NCBI GenBank assembly: GCA_028023455.1
Contig: JAQFVV010000005.1
Coordinates: 23,126,001 to 23,190,000 of the forward strand
Source of the DNA: Epiperipatus broadwayi
Lineage: Eukaryota > Animalia > Onychophora
Reading direction: 5' to 3'
Length of the DNA: 64,000 nucleotides
Shown: in pieces, positions 41,420 to 54,200 of the stretch
Layout of the letters: each line of letters starts with the position of its first letter
Position numbering within the stretch: position 1 is the stretch's first letter
Notes under the pieces: model-generated
Told to the model about the DNA's origin: nothing
Databases searched by the model: none
Seen by the model: only the letters and a program-made list of their open reading frames with translations
Made by a program: the position numbers and the translations under genes

Positions 41420-42138
41420 ACAGGATGGCCTCTCCAAGTTCAATCCATCTCCAATCTCTAGCTTCTCCACATCACCCTAGCACACTTCTTTACTTCATCC
41501 ATTTTTCTTTCTAAATCTTTATAATCTCTTGGAATCCAGTTTAAGATTTGAATCGTCCATCTATTATCACCTCTTCTAGCAATATATCCAGCCCAACTCC
41601 AATTCAGTCCCTTAATTTTTTCAAAGATGTCAATAACACCTGTTTATTCTCTCACCCATGTATTTCATTTTCGATCTCTTCTTGTTACTGCTAATATGCT
41701 TCTTTCCATATTTTGTTGAGTGGTCTGAAATCTCTATATTGCTTTTCTGGTAAACATCAAAATCTCAGATCCATAAGTAAAAAACACATCCATTAAAAAC
41801 CTTCCTTTTCAAACACATAGGCATATTTTCTTTTAATTTCATCCATTATGTTTCCATTTGCAGTAATAATCTGACTAAAGTATTTGTGATTGTTAACTTC
41901 TAACTCATCATTATCAATCTTTTTAACATTTATCTTTAATCCTACTTTTTTATGTTTGATAATTCTTGCATTTCCTGAAACATTATTTGTAAAAACAATT
42001 ATATTATCTGCAAAATCTAGATGATTTATATAATCTCCATTTATCTTTACTCCCTTACTATTCCATTTTAATCCATAAAATACTTATTGCAAAACTGCTT
42101 TAAAACATTTTGGATATGGAATCACCCTGTCGTACAGG
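41420..42138 (-). mobile_element. RTE-like LINE 3' fragment
   Basis: Colinear with 30740-31565, with internal deletions. Confidence 0.9.
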
Positions 42139-42417
42139 ATATTGTCATATTCTGAACGATAGTTATAAGAATGTACCAGTAACAATTAGATTACATAATG
42201 GTACAGAATTATACTGTGTTTTAAACATGCTAAAGATATATGTAACATTCTGCTGCAATAAATATTCGTAACCAATTACTGTTTTGCAAGGGGTAATCAT
42301 TGTTTGTCTTTCAGTTATATTTTAATAAAATAAAAACTATTCTTATTTCTTTGTTTTTTAAATAATTTATCAAAAACATAACTTCAAAAAATAAAATTAA
42401 TCTGAAATCTAAAATAT

Positions 42418-43227
42418 GGTAGTTGTGTACTTGGGGTAATGCAGCCACTTGATGGCATTGTTGCTTGCAAAAATAATGAAATGTAACGTTACTGGGCAGA
42501 TAATTTTTTGCTTTCTATTTCCACCAATTTTTCAAAGTATTTTTAAAAAATTTATGAACAAATATTTTATAAATTACATTTTTTAATTACGTTACACATT
42601 TCAGCGCTGGCGTGCATGTGGGGGGAGGAGTCTGGTGTTTTTGCCAATGCTCTAGTCTGAGCAAACGAAGCTTTCAGCGTGCAGCACTAGAGTGTGTGTG
42701 TGTGGGGAGGGGGGTTGATGGTTTTGCTGATCCAAAAGATCAGCCAATACATGCTCTAGTCTGAGCAAACCAAGATTATGATTTACAAAACAACAGCAGC
42801 CATTCTATTACTCTTGTAGCTGTTTCCCGCAAACGTACCTTTTTGTGTGACTTACGTGAAATGCTTCAACGATCTACCCTTTTGCAATTGTTTTCATCTT
42901 CCAAGATGTGTAGGAAAACGCGACAGACTTACAATTATTAGTAATAGTACGTCAGGTAAGGTGTACGATCCTTAATTCGAAAGCACCTAAAAACACTTAT
43001 GGCCGGTTGAATTCCATACACCCTCACATCCTACCGTAATGATCTATGAAGTGTGCGCTATTTCCATAGTACACGAGCAGTGTGTAACGCCATTTATGCC
43101 TGCTAACAGCTAATATGGACAGAACTGTTTTATAGGGTGTAAGTTGGGCTGCGTAAATGGCATATTTCTGGACTTTTGCAAGCAACAATGCCATCAAGCG
43201 GCCGCATTCCCCAAGTATATAACTACC
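42418..43227. mobile_element. MITE family 1, copy 2
   Basis: About 55-bp TIRs (42418-42472 / 43174-43227; core cttgatggcattgttgcttgcaaaa exact), flanked on both sides by TAT. Confidence 0.85.
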
Positions 43228-45058
43228 TATTAACTTTGCAAATTAAAAAATAAAATAGGTAAAATGAAATACTTGATTAATAAAAATCAATAAGAAAGTT
43301 TTTAACTGAATATTTTCAATTGATATGTAAATATTGATTAATTTATGCTAAAAAGCTCTCTCAATGTAAACATTAAAATATCTGTGAGAAACAAATATTT
43401 AAGAATGTAATGAATATAATTGAAACTAAACTTTAAAAATTTTCTAAATCATTAAAAAGTATCTTAATTATTTTTTTTTACTGATAACAAATGCAATAAG
43501 AAAAACTATAACAATGCCAGTCAGTAGAAATGAGAAAGAATTAAATCAACATCATTGAAATTTGTGATAAAGTACACAAAAAAAATTTGCATTTAAAAAT
43601 TATATATCAAAAACTTCTACTTTAGAAACAGCCCACAAATTTGCTCAAATACCTATTAAAATTTAAAACCAGCACATAAATTTTTTTACAAAGAATTTAA
43701 AATTCAGGTCCCAATTCCAAATGATCACAGAAGTTTAATAATATAGCTTATGCTTCAATGGTAATAAAGCTGGAATCATTTCTGAAATTTGGATAAGCAT
43801 ACAATAAATCTAATAAGAATGTAACTTTCCAATGAAATTTCATAATCAACAATTATATGCATGAAGAAAGACAAATGCAAGTTTTTTTTACTAATTACCA
43901 AATATCTGTGGGATGCATAATTGCAGATTTAAATTTTTAAAAAACAATAAAGAGGAATTTATCTCCATATTTTGTGGTATTATTAATGTAAGACTCAAGA
44001 TGAATATGTAAAATTGTATTATTCAGCAAAATAGAGATGAATTTATAATGTCACATATGATAAAAAGACTACGTACTTGTTTACGGTTTTTTATGAACAT
44101 TTGACTTAATAACTTCTAAACCATTTAACTTCTTTAATAACATTATGATATTTTGGGATCACATAATGTTATTGAATTATGGCTCTATGGATTTGTTCTT
44201 TATAGATATTAAAAATCTTTCAATGTTGAAGCATTTATTTAGACCTTAGTTGCTATATATTTTTAATGTATCATGTTAAATGGGTGGCCCATAGGATTTC
44301 CTATCACTAATTACTTGTAATAAGTCGATGATTCACATTTTAAATTGATATTAGTATATAAAAATTATGAGATCAAAGTTGATAGCTGATTAGATTACAA
44401 TATGATTGTGAAACTAAAGCCACCACTAATATACAAATTAGTAAGCTTCTTTTTTTTTTAAAAAAAAAAAAATTATATTTGTAATATGAACTCCACGTAA
44501 AAGACAAAATATTAAATTTGATTATAGAAATAATTAAATATAGTTAGAATAATTATTACAAAAATAAAATAAAGCATTAAGAGTGCTGAGCCACATTATC
44601 ATTATAAACACATAAAAAAAATATTCTCTTTTTACTCCATCTTCTCTTAAACCATCCAATATTTACTGCAATGGATAGGGAGAAAAGCTATTCATTGTGT
44701 GGAATCTCATGGCAATTATGTATGGTCAGTGCAACATCGTAACACGAATGTTATTCACAAAAAACTTATCCATGAAATTATGTACATCCTAATATACACG
44801 TATCATGTTCAGTCAATCTTAACATTAAATAAAAATACCTAAAGAAAAGAACTTGTTCCATTATTTAACACTTAAATTTTATTCATAGAAGTTATAAAAA
44901 AAACCCACATAATACAATCATTTACACAAAATCCATTGCTTTTTACTAAATTTTTCATTCTTTTCTTGTGGAAGTTCCAAAATGGAAAAATATTACAATG
45001 AATGTGCTTCTTCAAACTATAAATAAGAATTAGAGTTAATTGATGTTTTCATAATGCT

Positions 45059-45064
45059 TTTATT
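45059..45064 (-). promoter_or_regulatory. Candidate polyadenylation signal AATAAA for the GTPase-like gene
   Basis: AATAAA on the - strand about 140 nt downstream of the stop; a second one lies at 44878-44883. Confidence 0.35.
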
Positions 45065-45201
45065 ACAAAAATTGTACATTAAATATTTTCAAAAAAAGTT
45101 TGATGAAAAAAATTTGTTTTGAAAAAATAGATTTTTGAATATTTTCATGGAAGAGTTTGGATTCTTTTTTCTAATACTGTCTACCGTTGCGATTTTTTTT
45201 T

Positions 45202-45258
45202 TCAGCCTAAATCATGCTCTGAAACACTCTGATGAAGATATTCAGAATACAATGTCCT
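45202..45258 (-). CDS. GTPase-like gene terminal coding exon: RTLYSEYLHQSVSEHDLG*
   Basis: Acceptor cattttttttag; phase 0; 18 codons then TGA; follows an 82-nt intron. Confidence 0.88.
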   Translation of the reverse strand, partial: RTLYSEYLHQSVSEHDLG

Positions 45259-48200
45259 CTAAAAAAAATGAATTTGTAATATTATTATTAAAAAGATAAA
45301 AAATAAAAACTTAATTAAAGGCTAAGTACTGTTTTCTTACTTTTTTGTCTTTAACATAATCTGCTACATAATTCCTTTGCTCGAAAAGAGTCTTCATTTG
45401 TTTCTTGCTTAAAGTAGTCCGTAACCTGTCAAATTCAAAATAAAAACATATAATTACACTGCAATGTCTAATTATAAATTATCAAACTTAATAGGATATA
45501 TACGACGTAAAAATTACAATTTCAGAAAATTATTTTGTACGTGAATATCAGATTCATTTAATAAATTAACTTTAAACTAAATATTACATGACCTGTTTTC
45601 TTTACTTGACTGATAAAATTTGCACATTATTGGCATCTAGTTTGGCAATAATTTGAAATTGTTCTTTCAATTTTCAACTTGATAATGTTTCAAACAGTCA
45701 TAACGGTCATCTTTTCATTAAGAGATTAAATATTTCAATGACGTCAGTTTTTAAAATCAATACCATTATAAAATAACTAACAAATCAAAGCTGGTATTTC
45801 AGCACAAAGTTGTAAGAATATCTGCTTCTTGATGGTAATACAAAAAATCCATGATAACCTGCAGTTACTATAAAATCAAACTTGCCCATTCTTTATTCTG
45901 AAAGATTTTTCTTCTTACTGTATACTGTCAAACAATCCATTGTGAATTATACTTCAAACACAGTATGTTATCTTTCAATTAAGAGTATATTTACCTATAC
46001 TTATCAGCAACTGTTAATATTCACAAACAAAGCTAGATTTAATACTAAAGTTAATTTTACTTTCCTTTTTTTAACATGTTTCATAATGGAGGTTCTTTAA
46101 TATTATCCATCTATTCAATTTTTTTTGTCTCTCTTCCTCTATAATTCTCTTTAATGTTAGCTGTAAATTGCTGATTGCTTTCTTATGCTGATTTTTTCAC
46201 TCTAAAATCTATCATTATACCTGGGTCTCTTTGTGCGGATTTTTTAAATGCGATTTTGAAGTTATGCGATTCATGTTTCTTCTTAATATCTTTTTATGTG
46301 ATAAAGAAGTTCGTATTTCATTTAAAATCTGGATTTCCTTGTTTTATATACATACATTAAATTTTACATACATTAAATGTCTGTTGGATAAAGGTTTGCA
46401 ATAAATTTAAATACCATAGAAGATTTAGAAAAAGATAATGAAACAGAAGTGGAACCTGTTCGTTTCAAGCAAAAATAATTTGAGAAAGTCTTCAACTTTC
46501 TAATCAATTGGAAAATCATTTTCTTGTTAATGACACAAATTATGAATTAAATTCCAATGAGAGCTAAATAGTTGTATGTCTGCGTTATGTATGTGATTGT
46601 TTATATTTTCTTTTATACAAAGAGAAACTTTTAGACAGAAAAAAGTTACAAGTAAAAATATTTAAGAACTTTTAATTTCTACTTAAAAAGAATAAATTTT
46701 TAAAAGTTTTTAAATATTTTTACTTGTAACTTTTTTCTGTCTAAAAGTTTCTCCTTGTATATAAAAGAAAATTTAACCGTCAGTCATTATTAACACACTT
46801 TGTGGAAGCGTGTTATATATATATATAGTTGCACTCATGGAAATCCATTCTCTACCAGCTAGACTGGTTATTGTGAGCTTCATAAACAATTAGTAAAATC
46901 ATCATCTCAAAGCTTAATTACCGATTACACTGTCGACAGAAAAGAATTAACACAGCACGAGACTGAAGTTGGCGCTAATTGTATTTCCTTTTGTGACGAA
47001 TCTGATGTCTTACCAGTTCACAAACGAACTGCATATTGTCAAATAGCGATAATGATTAAAATATATATGAAAAAATGTAAAATAAATTACACATAAAAAC
47101 ATACTGTTTTGAATAAAATTAAATAGTTGATAAAAAAAAGTAAAAAAAATTTGTCTTGTATCAATTTTTTACAAATATTTGAAATTTTTTATTAGTCATA
47201 CTTTATTTCCTTTTTTTTTTTTATGTGAATTTTAAAATAATTTTACCTTGTTGCTTTGCTTTTATGCGATTTTTGAAAACTTTGGAACATATCCCACAAT
47301 TTTCAAGGAAAGTTAAGTCTATTTTTGTGTGATTTTTTTAATGCAGGTTTTCTGTGGAACCTATCTACCGCATAAAAAGAGACCCAGGTGTATTTATTTG
47401 TTAGTAAACTAATATTTTTCCGAAATGTCATGATTTAAATTAAAATAGTTTGTGGTAAAGTGGTTAGCACATTTAATTGTATATCCAACATTTGAGGTTT
47501 GAATGCAAGTGGTCTTGGAAATTTCAGATAGAAGTTTATCTAAGAGAGCCTAGAATATTTTTCAAGTAGCCAACTCCATAAAGAATTTAAAAATGAATCT
47601 GAACTTGTCAGATTAGTATCAATATGCTGATCACATCTCAAATGTTTCAGTTACTTTTTTAATTGTCCAGGATGCATATTCATACAATAATAGGAGCAAA
47701 ATATTTTTGTCTAATTCTATATTAAATCTTAATTTGTCTTTCACTTTCCTTTTTCTGAAACAGACCACAAAAAACAATGAACTTATTACTGAGAGAATAA
47801 TAATTACCAAAAAATAAGTCTATGCAAGAAATAGACAAAGGAGGAAGAAAAAGTCCATTAGATAAGGAATTTAAAATTCAAGAATTTAATGATAAAATAA
47901 AAAGTGAGTCCAATAAAATGATTAGGAAAAAAGTTTTGACAAACAGGCATTGGAATAGACTGAAAAATTTGCGATATAATGATAATCTTAAAAAACGAAA
48001 TGAAGAAGACTTTGGGATTAGCCAGACAACTCAATTTTAGATGGAGTGAAGAGAGAAATAGTCTATACTAATATTCAATAAAAATATGTCTTTGTTTAAA
48101 TTACTAACATTTATGGAGAAAGGGGAAATTTTAACCTTAAACAGAAAAAAAGAGCAAGTTTCTGAGTATTTAGAACTATAAGCTCCAGTCACGGATTTTT

Positions 48201-51200
48201 TGAACAAATATTAAACTGAAAAAAAAAAAAAAATATTTAGAGTCCAGATTAAAGCAATTTGACAGATTGCAGGCAAAATTAACTACACTCAAAATAGGTT
48301 TTATCTGCGTCATCTGAATACTCAAAAGTCTTCACAAACTCTAGAAATAATTCCAATTTGAGATATGTTTTCATTTATAAATCTATTTTTCTGAACACGT
48401 TTTAATTTTCAACTTTCCTAGAATAATTTTTAGAGAACAAATACCCAAAATGGAATCAAAAGAAGTATTTTAGAATCACATAATGGTAAAAGAAATGCAT
48501 CAAATTTGTTCTCTAAAAATTATTCTAGGAAAATAGATTTATAAATGAAAATAAATATTTTAAAATCACATAATGGTAAAAGAAATGCATCAAATTACAT
48601 GATGCCAGATTTCCAATCAATCTTTTTCTGCTCATGAATATGTTTTATCTGCAGTGTAAAGATATAATAATATGTGAATGTAAATTGTGTATTTTGGAAC
48701 AGAACTAAGCATTATAATATTTAATTTACATATATATAATTTAGGGAGCATACCAATAGCTCAAACAAGCTCTTAATTGCTAAGTGTGGTAAGAGAAAAT
48801 ATTTAAAATCTCTATCTGGAACATCCCCAGACCAATTGGTTTCAAACTTTTGGCTCACCTCAATGAGGAGCTAGAATATTCAGACACTAGATCTAAAATA
48901 TCAACCCAAATCCCAGCACTTATTTAATATGTAAGATTTATGTAGAAACTGAAATTTTCAGATATGAAAATGTCTAATTCCAGCTATCTAGCTTAAATAC
49001 CTATATGGGACTGAACCAAATTCAATGTCACGCTATATATGACTTGCTTTATTGATTATTAATTTACATATATAAATCACCTTGTTGACCACTTTGCTAA
49101 TACAAGAAGTCCTACAGAGATGACTATCATTGTCGCTAGAACGTGCATATGGTAATCTGTGGGGATACCACGCCAGAATTGTCGAATTGGAGCCTAAAAT
49201 AGAAATGATTCAATTATTATTTATATGATAAAAATGTTCTTTCTTTGTATAAAATAAAAAAAAAGTCAAGGTTTAAAGATACTAACTAGATAAATGTCTA
49301 GCATGTTGACTGCAAAAGTACCAAAAATAGTCTCAAGAAATTCTTTGGAAACACTGCTCACCAAAAAATTAATAATTAGCACCAGGGGAAGGAGGAGTCC
49401 TAAAGTTGAGAACATTAAGCCTTTACCTCTAGCTCGCAAATTAAAAGAGGAATTAGAGCTAAAACACAAAGAAAAAAAACATGCTAAAAGCTGATTAAAT
49501 GCAAGCCAATACATTAAAATTATACCCCTCCCCTCAAGGTTATACCCGATACACCAACATAAAAAATTCACCACAAAGATACAAACATACAATGATGTTT
49601 TGTAAAAATTGTGCTTCTAAAGTTATTCAAAAAATTTTTTGTTTTGTTTGGAAAAAAACAAATACAGATTTTTCAGAATATAATGTATAAAATAATTTGA
49701 AAAGATAATCTCTTACATTGAAATCCACTACTGAACCAATAATTGTTTGGGAGGTTATGAGACATTCAAGAACTTGTGACAGACTGATCTTGGATTCCAA
49801 AAACTTTGTCTTCAAATCACTCTACACACATAACTAAATTTGGTGCTTGTCTTATAGATAAAGACGCCGTTCGATGGCACCGTTTTCACGCTAAAACTAT
49901 AAAATATGAACATTCCCGGGCCGTTGATTTAAATCATTTTGATGTGTTTTTTTGTAATGCGAAAATAAAAACAAAACAAAATCGTCTTTTTTAAATATTA
50001 TTTTTTATTAACGTATACAAATTAAATGATAATAATAAATGTAAAATAAAATAAACAAATTACAATTTGATTCGTGTTTTTTATTTTGCTTTATTAGAAT
50101 AATCAATTTTCTATCATATATTTTTTTACTGGGGTTACGGCTTTACTGCTATTTTTACTTCATATAGAATGACAACAAAAAGTAAAAGTTGTTACGGTTA
50201 GGTTTAGTATTCTGTTATTTGTAATGCTAAAATAAAAAATATCAAAATCGTATTTTTGTAAATTTTTTTTTTAGTAACATTATAAAATAAATGATAACAA
50301 TAAACGTAAACTATATTCAACAAAGTATAACCGTAGTCGGAGAAAAGAAAGTAAAACTTTTTTAAACAACAACAAAAATGTCTTCTTTACTTATTAATCA
50401 TGTTTATAATATATGCTTTTTATGAAATTTACAAAAAAACCATGCAGAATTGTACTTTTCTTACTGGATATTTTTGTGTTAACGCTCTTTTTTACTTCAA
50501 AAATATACACACGGTAGAATCTTGTTTGTCTCGTGGAATGTTACGAACAGTACGTTTCTTGACACGTTACCTAATTCCAACTCACTTTACATATATATGT
50601 TGTCAACATTTTCACAATTAAAACTTCAATACAGTACGGTGTAAAAAGTCTGATAATTATTACTTTACAAAATCTGAACATTTCAATACTTTAAAATAAA
50701 AAAAAATCCAATGAAAACATTTCCATCCAATTCAAAAAACACACCCTCTCTCTCACCAAGCCGTTAACATTTTATAAACTGTGTGAATTCGGAAAATGTA
50801 TTTGCTGCGACGCGACATAGTGGCCTGCAATCTGTAGCACAACAAAAAAGTTGTATTATAGAAAACGCGGGTTCGAACGTGTCGGCCGCGGAAACGGCAT
50901 TTTTATGTGTTTTAGCGTGAAAACGGTGCCATAGAGCAGCGTCTTTAGCTATAAGACTAGTACCCTAAATTTATATTGTATATTAATTCTAACTTTATCC
51001 TTCTTATTGCATTGTTAAATTCATATAATATTAATATTATCTATGTTCTTTATTACTTTATATAATACTTTTTTACAACCCAATACAAATACATATGAAC
51101 ATATAATTTTACATTTTATATATATACATATAATCTATCTTATAATCATTTCTTATATACTCACATACATCTTTATATACTAAACATTTTAATCTTTTTT

Positions 51201-54200
51201 ATATTTATATTATTTTTATTTCATTTATTTTTTATTTTATTCTTATTAATTTTTTTAATATTTAACTAACATTATATGTTCATACTTTTATATTTTACAT
51301 TATTATTATTCATTATATTAACATTTCAATATGTATAATTTTTTTTAAACCTATTTCCAAATCTTAACTGCTAAATTCAAACTTTTAAATTTTACTTATA
51401 TTTTAGTAGCTCCCTCTTTCTATTTTTTATATAATTAAATCTTTTTTTTTTATTATTAAAATTTTTTCAGGCCCAAATCTAATAAATGAAATAAAAATAT
51501 TATATATATGATTATAGGAAGTATTGACTGATAAATATGGAATATAAAAAAGATTAAAATGTATAATATAAAAAAAAGGTAATAATTATGTAGAGATATA
51601 AATAAAGATATATGTGGGTATATAAATGATGATTATAAGATAGAATATATGTATATATATAAAATGTAAAATTATATGTTCATGTATATTTGTATTTATA
51701 TATTTGTATTGTGTTTGTTATAGTTCTGAAGCGAATCTGTCCATAGTGGGTTGTAAAAACGCATTGCAAAAAGTAACAAAGAACATAAATGATATTAATA
51801 TTAATTCTACTAAGGAAATGTAATTTTCTAAATTCTGTAAAAAAAATTTTAATCCATATTATAAATTCAACAAAATATATAAGTTTGAGTCAGAAACAAG
51901 CTTTTGCTATTTTAAAAACCCATTTTTCATTGACAAGAAAACAGCAGTTTTGTTGATATACTTACACATTAAAAGATAATTCTTAAAAATTATTATTATT
52001 GGGTTTTTTTTCCACATCTAAGTCGTATATTTAAATTTTTTAACCAGTCATAGGAAGAAGTGTAGAAGCCTATATTAGGCAAAAGTATAAAAATCAGTAT
52101 CCTTCAAAATAATTACAACGGTATTTTTAAGAATCAGTATTAGTTGCATTGGTAATATTGTTGTGTTCTGCACAGTTTAGCAAATAATTCTACTCCTGAA
52201 CTATAAACCATTTAATTTTATTATTTTAAAATACTGTTGTAATCATCTATTAACTTACAGATTAAGTTTTTTTAGACAAATTTATTAAGCTAAAACTATC
52301 TGCTCTTATTTAATTTCAATATTAGAATGAATTATTTTTTTTAGTTGTAAACGTCAATGTTTCAATTTTTTTTTTAGTTGCTATCTATATAATACATATT
52401 TAGCATATAACGATAAAATGAAATAAAAACAATGAATAAAAACTTGAATATTAATCCTCACCAAACATAATTACAGTATTTATACAGAAATATATACGTA
52501 TCTACACATATTTTTATAATTTAATTTACATCAAGATTTAAATCTTGCTTTTTCTTTTTACATTTTTATTATATAATTATTTTTAAATTATATATTGCAA
52601 CTCTCATTGGATTATTTTTTTTATTATAATTAAATTTTTATGTTTAATGAATCTACTTAAATATATAGATTTATTTACTTTTGTCAAAGTCAAAAAAAAA
52701 AAAAAGATTTCTATTTCTTAATATTAAATTCTTATTTAAATGCTCTTTCATTATGATTATTGACAAATTCAATTCTTTTTTTTTTTTTTTGTATTTGGGA
52801 TGGTTTTCGTGTTTGTAAATAAAAATCATTTAATTTTTTTTTATAACATTTAAATGTAATTTGGCTTGTAGTTTTTTATCTTGTGCTTCTGATATAATTT
52901 GTCATTAAGTTATCTTTGCATTTTATTTAATATAATAATTCTTCCCTTTCATTATTTTTTTAAAAATTTAGCTTTTTTTTTTTTTTTTTACTGATAATAA
53001 AAAATAAGTATTTATATATATTAACATATTTACAAAAAAAATTGTTACATTTTAAATTACATATAATATATAATGGATCTACAATAACTTTTGATCATGC
53101 GCCATCTCATGTTACTCATATATATAGAAATAATTTAACAACTATGTTATCTAAAATATGTGTTTAGATGGATATATATTTACATAATCCATAACTATTT
53201 CAAAATGCTTTGTTTTTGAAACTTTTGCATGAAAAATACGGAATGTTAATTTTAAATTTTCTATTAAGTTTGATGCCCTCATAGTTTGAAAAACAAACCC
53301 AAAAAATTATAGATTGACAAATTTTGTTCTTCATATTCTTGGGTTAAAAATTTAGTAAATATAAGTATATGTTAAACTACTTTTTTTGCATAATAAATAT
53401 AATGAAGCAGTGTACGTTTCTGAGTGTATGAATATTTACAGATGCATTACAGGAATGAAAGCCTTTTACATATTTTTTCAAGTAATTGATTAATGGTGAT
53501 AGTGCACATGTGGAACATAAACAGCATTCGAGATTCAAAATGTAGGCAAGTTTGAAAAATGAGTAACATTTCTTGGGATACATATCACATAAGACACATG
53601 GGTTTGAGATTTTTTGAACCAGTTTATATATATTTTATTTTTTATATATATTTAATAAATTTCTTATGTTAGGTTTTCTTTTACGTACAAATTTTAAGTT
53701 TTATTTCTTGTATGTATTTTTTATTTAATTTTGTAGTGATTTTTTTTTTTTGTCAGTATGTGTTTGTTTACCATTAAACTAATAAATGACATTAGTCTTT
53801 TGATTATTACTTTCTTTTATTTATTTTTAATAATGATTGTAAATTCTTTATAATGATGTTGATTTTTGTTCTAAAAATTTATTGCTTAGCTCATTCTATT
53901 ATGGAATATATTATTATTTTTTTGATTATTAGTTTCTCCATTTTTTTTTACTTTATTTATATAGTAGCATATTTTTTAAAATAAAGTATTTATGAAAGAT
54001 AATCATTAATTGTAAATTCTTTTTTAATGGTCTTTTTTTTTCCCCAAAAAAATTTTTTTGCTGAGCTTATTCCATTACATAGTCTTTTCTTTATAAATAT
54101 TATCTATGTCTAAATTCCAATTTTTTGAAATATCTATAAACTGTTGTTTTTAATATACACTTCTATTAATATCTGTTTTATTGCTTTTTATAGTTTATAT

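Noticed and set aside
47822-48040. ORF MQEIDKGG...RLKNLRYNDNL, faintly like the pre-RT region of Penelope elements
   Set aside because: No RT or GIY-YIG motifs follow, so the resemblance is too weak to call.
49294-49494. Track ORF on + (MSSMLTAKVPK...)
   Set aside because: It is the antisense shadow of the real - strand TM1 exon.
49717-49821. 105-nt open segment on - with tag acceptor and gtaaga donor (SDLKTKFLESK...VVDFN), first taken for an exon of the GTPase-like gene
   Set aside because: It is open only in phase 0, whereas the flanking junction is phase 2, where it would read AAA GTG ATT TGA. The polypyrimidine tract is weak, and exon 49287-49458 already bridges the phases. At most it is a poison exon.
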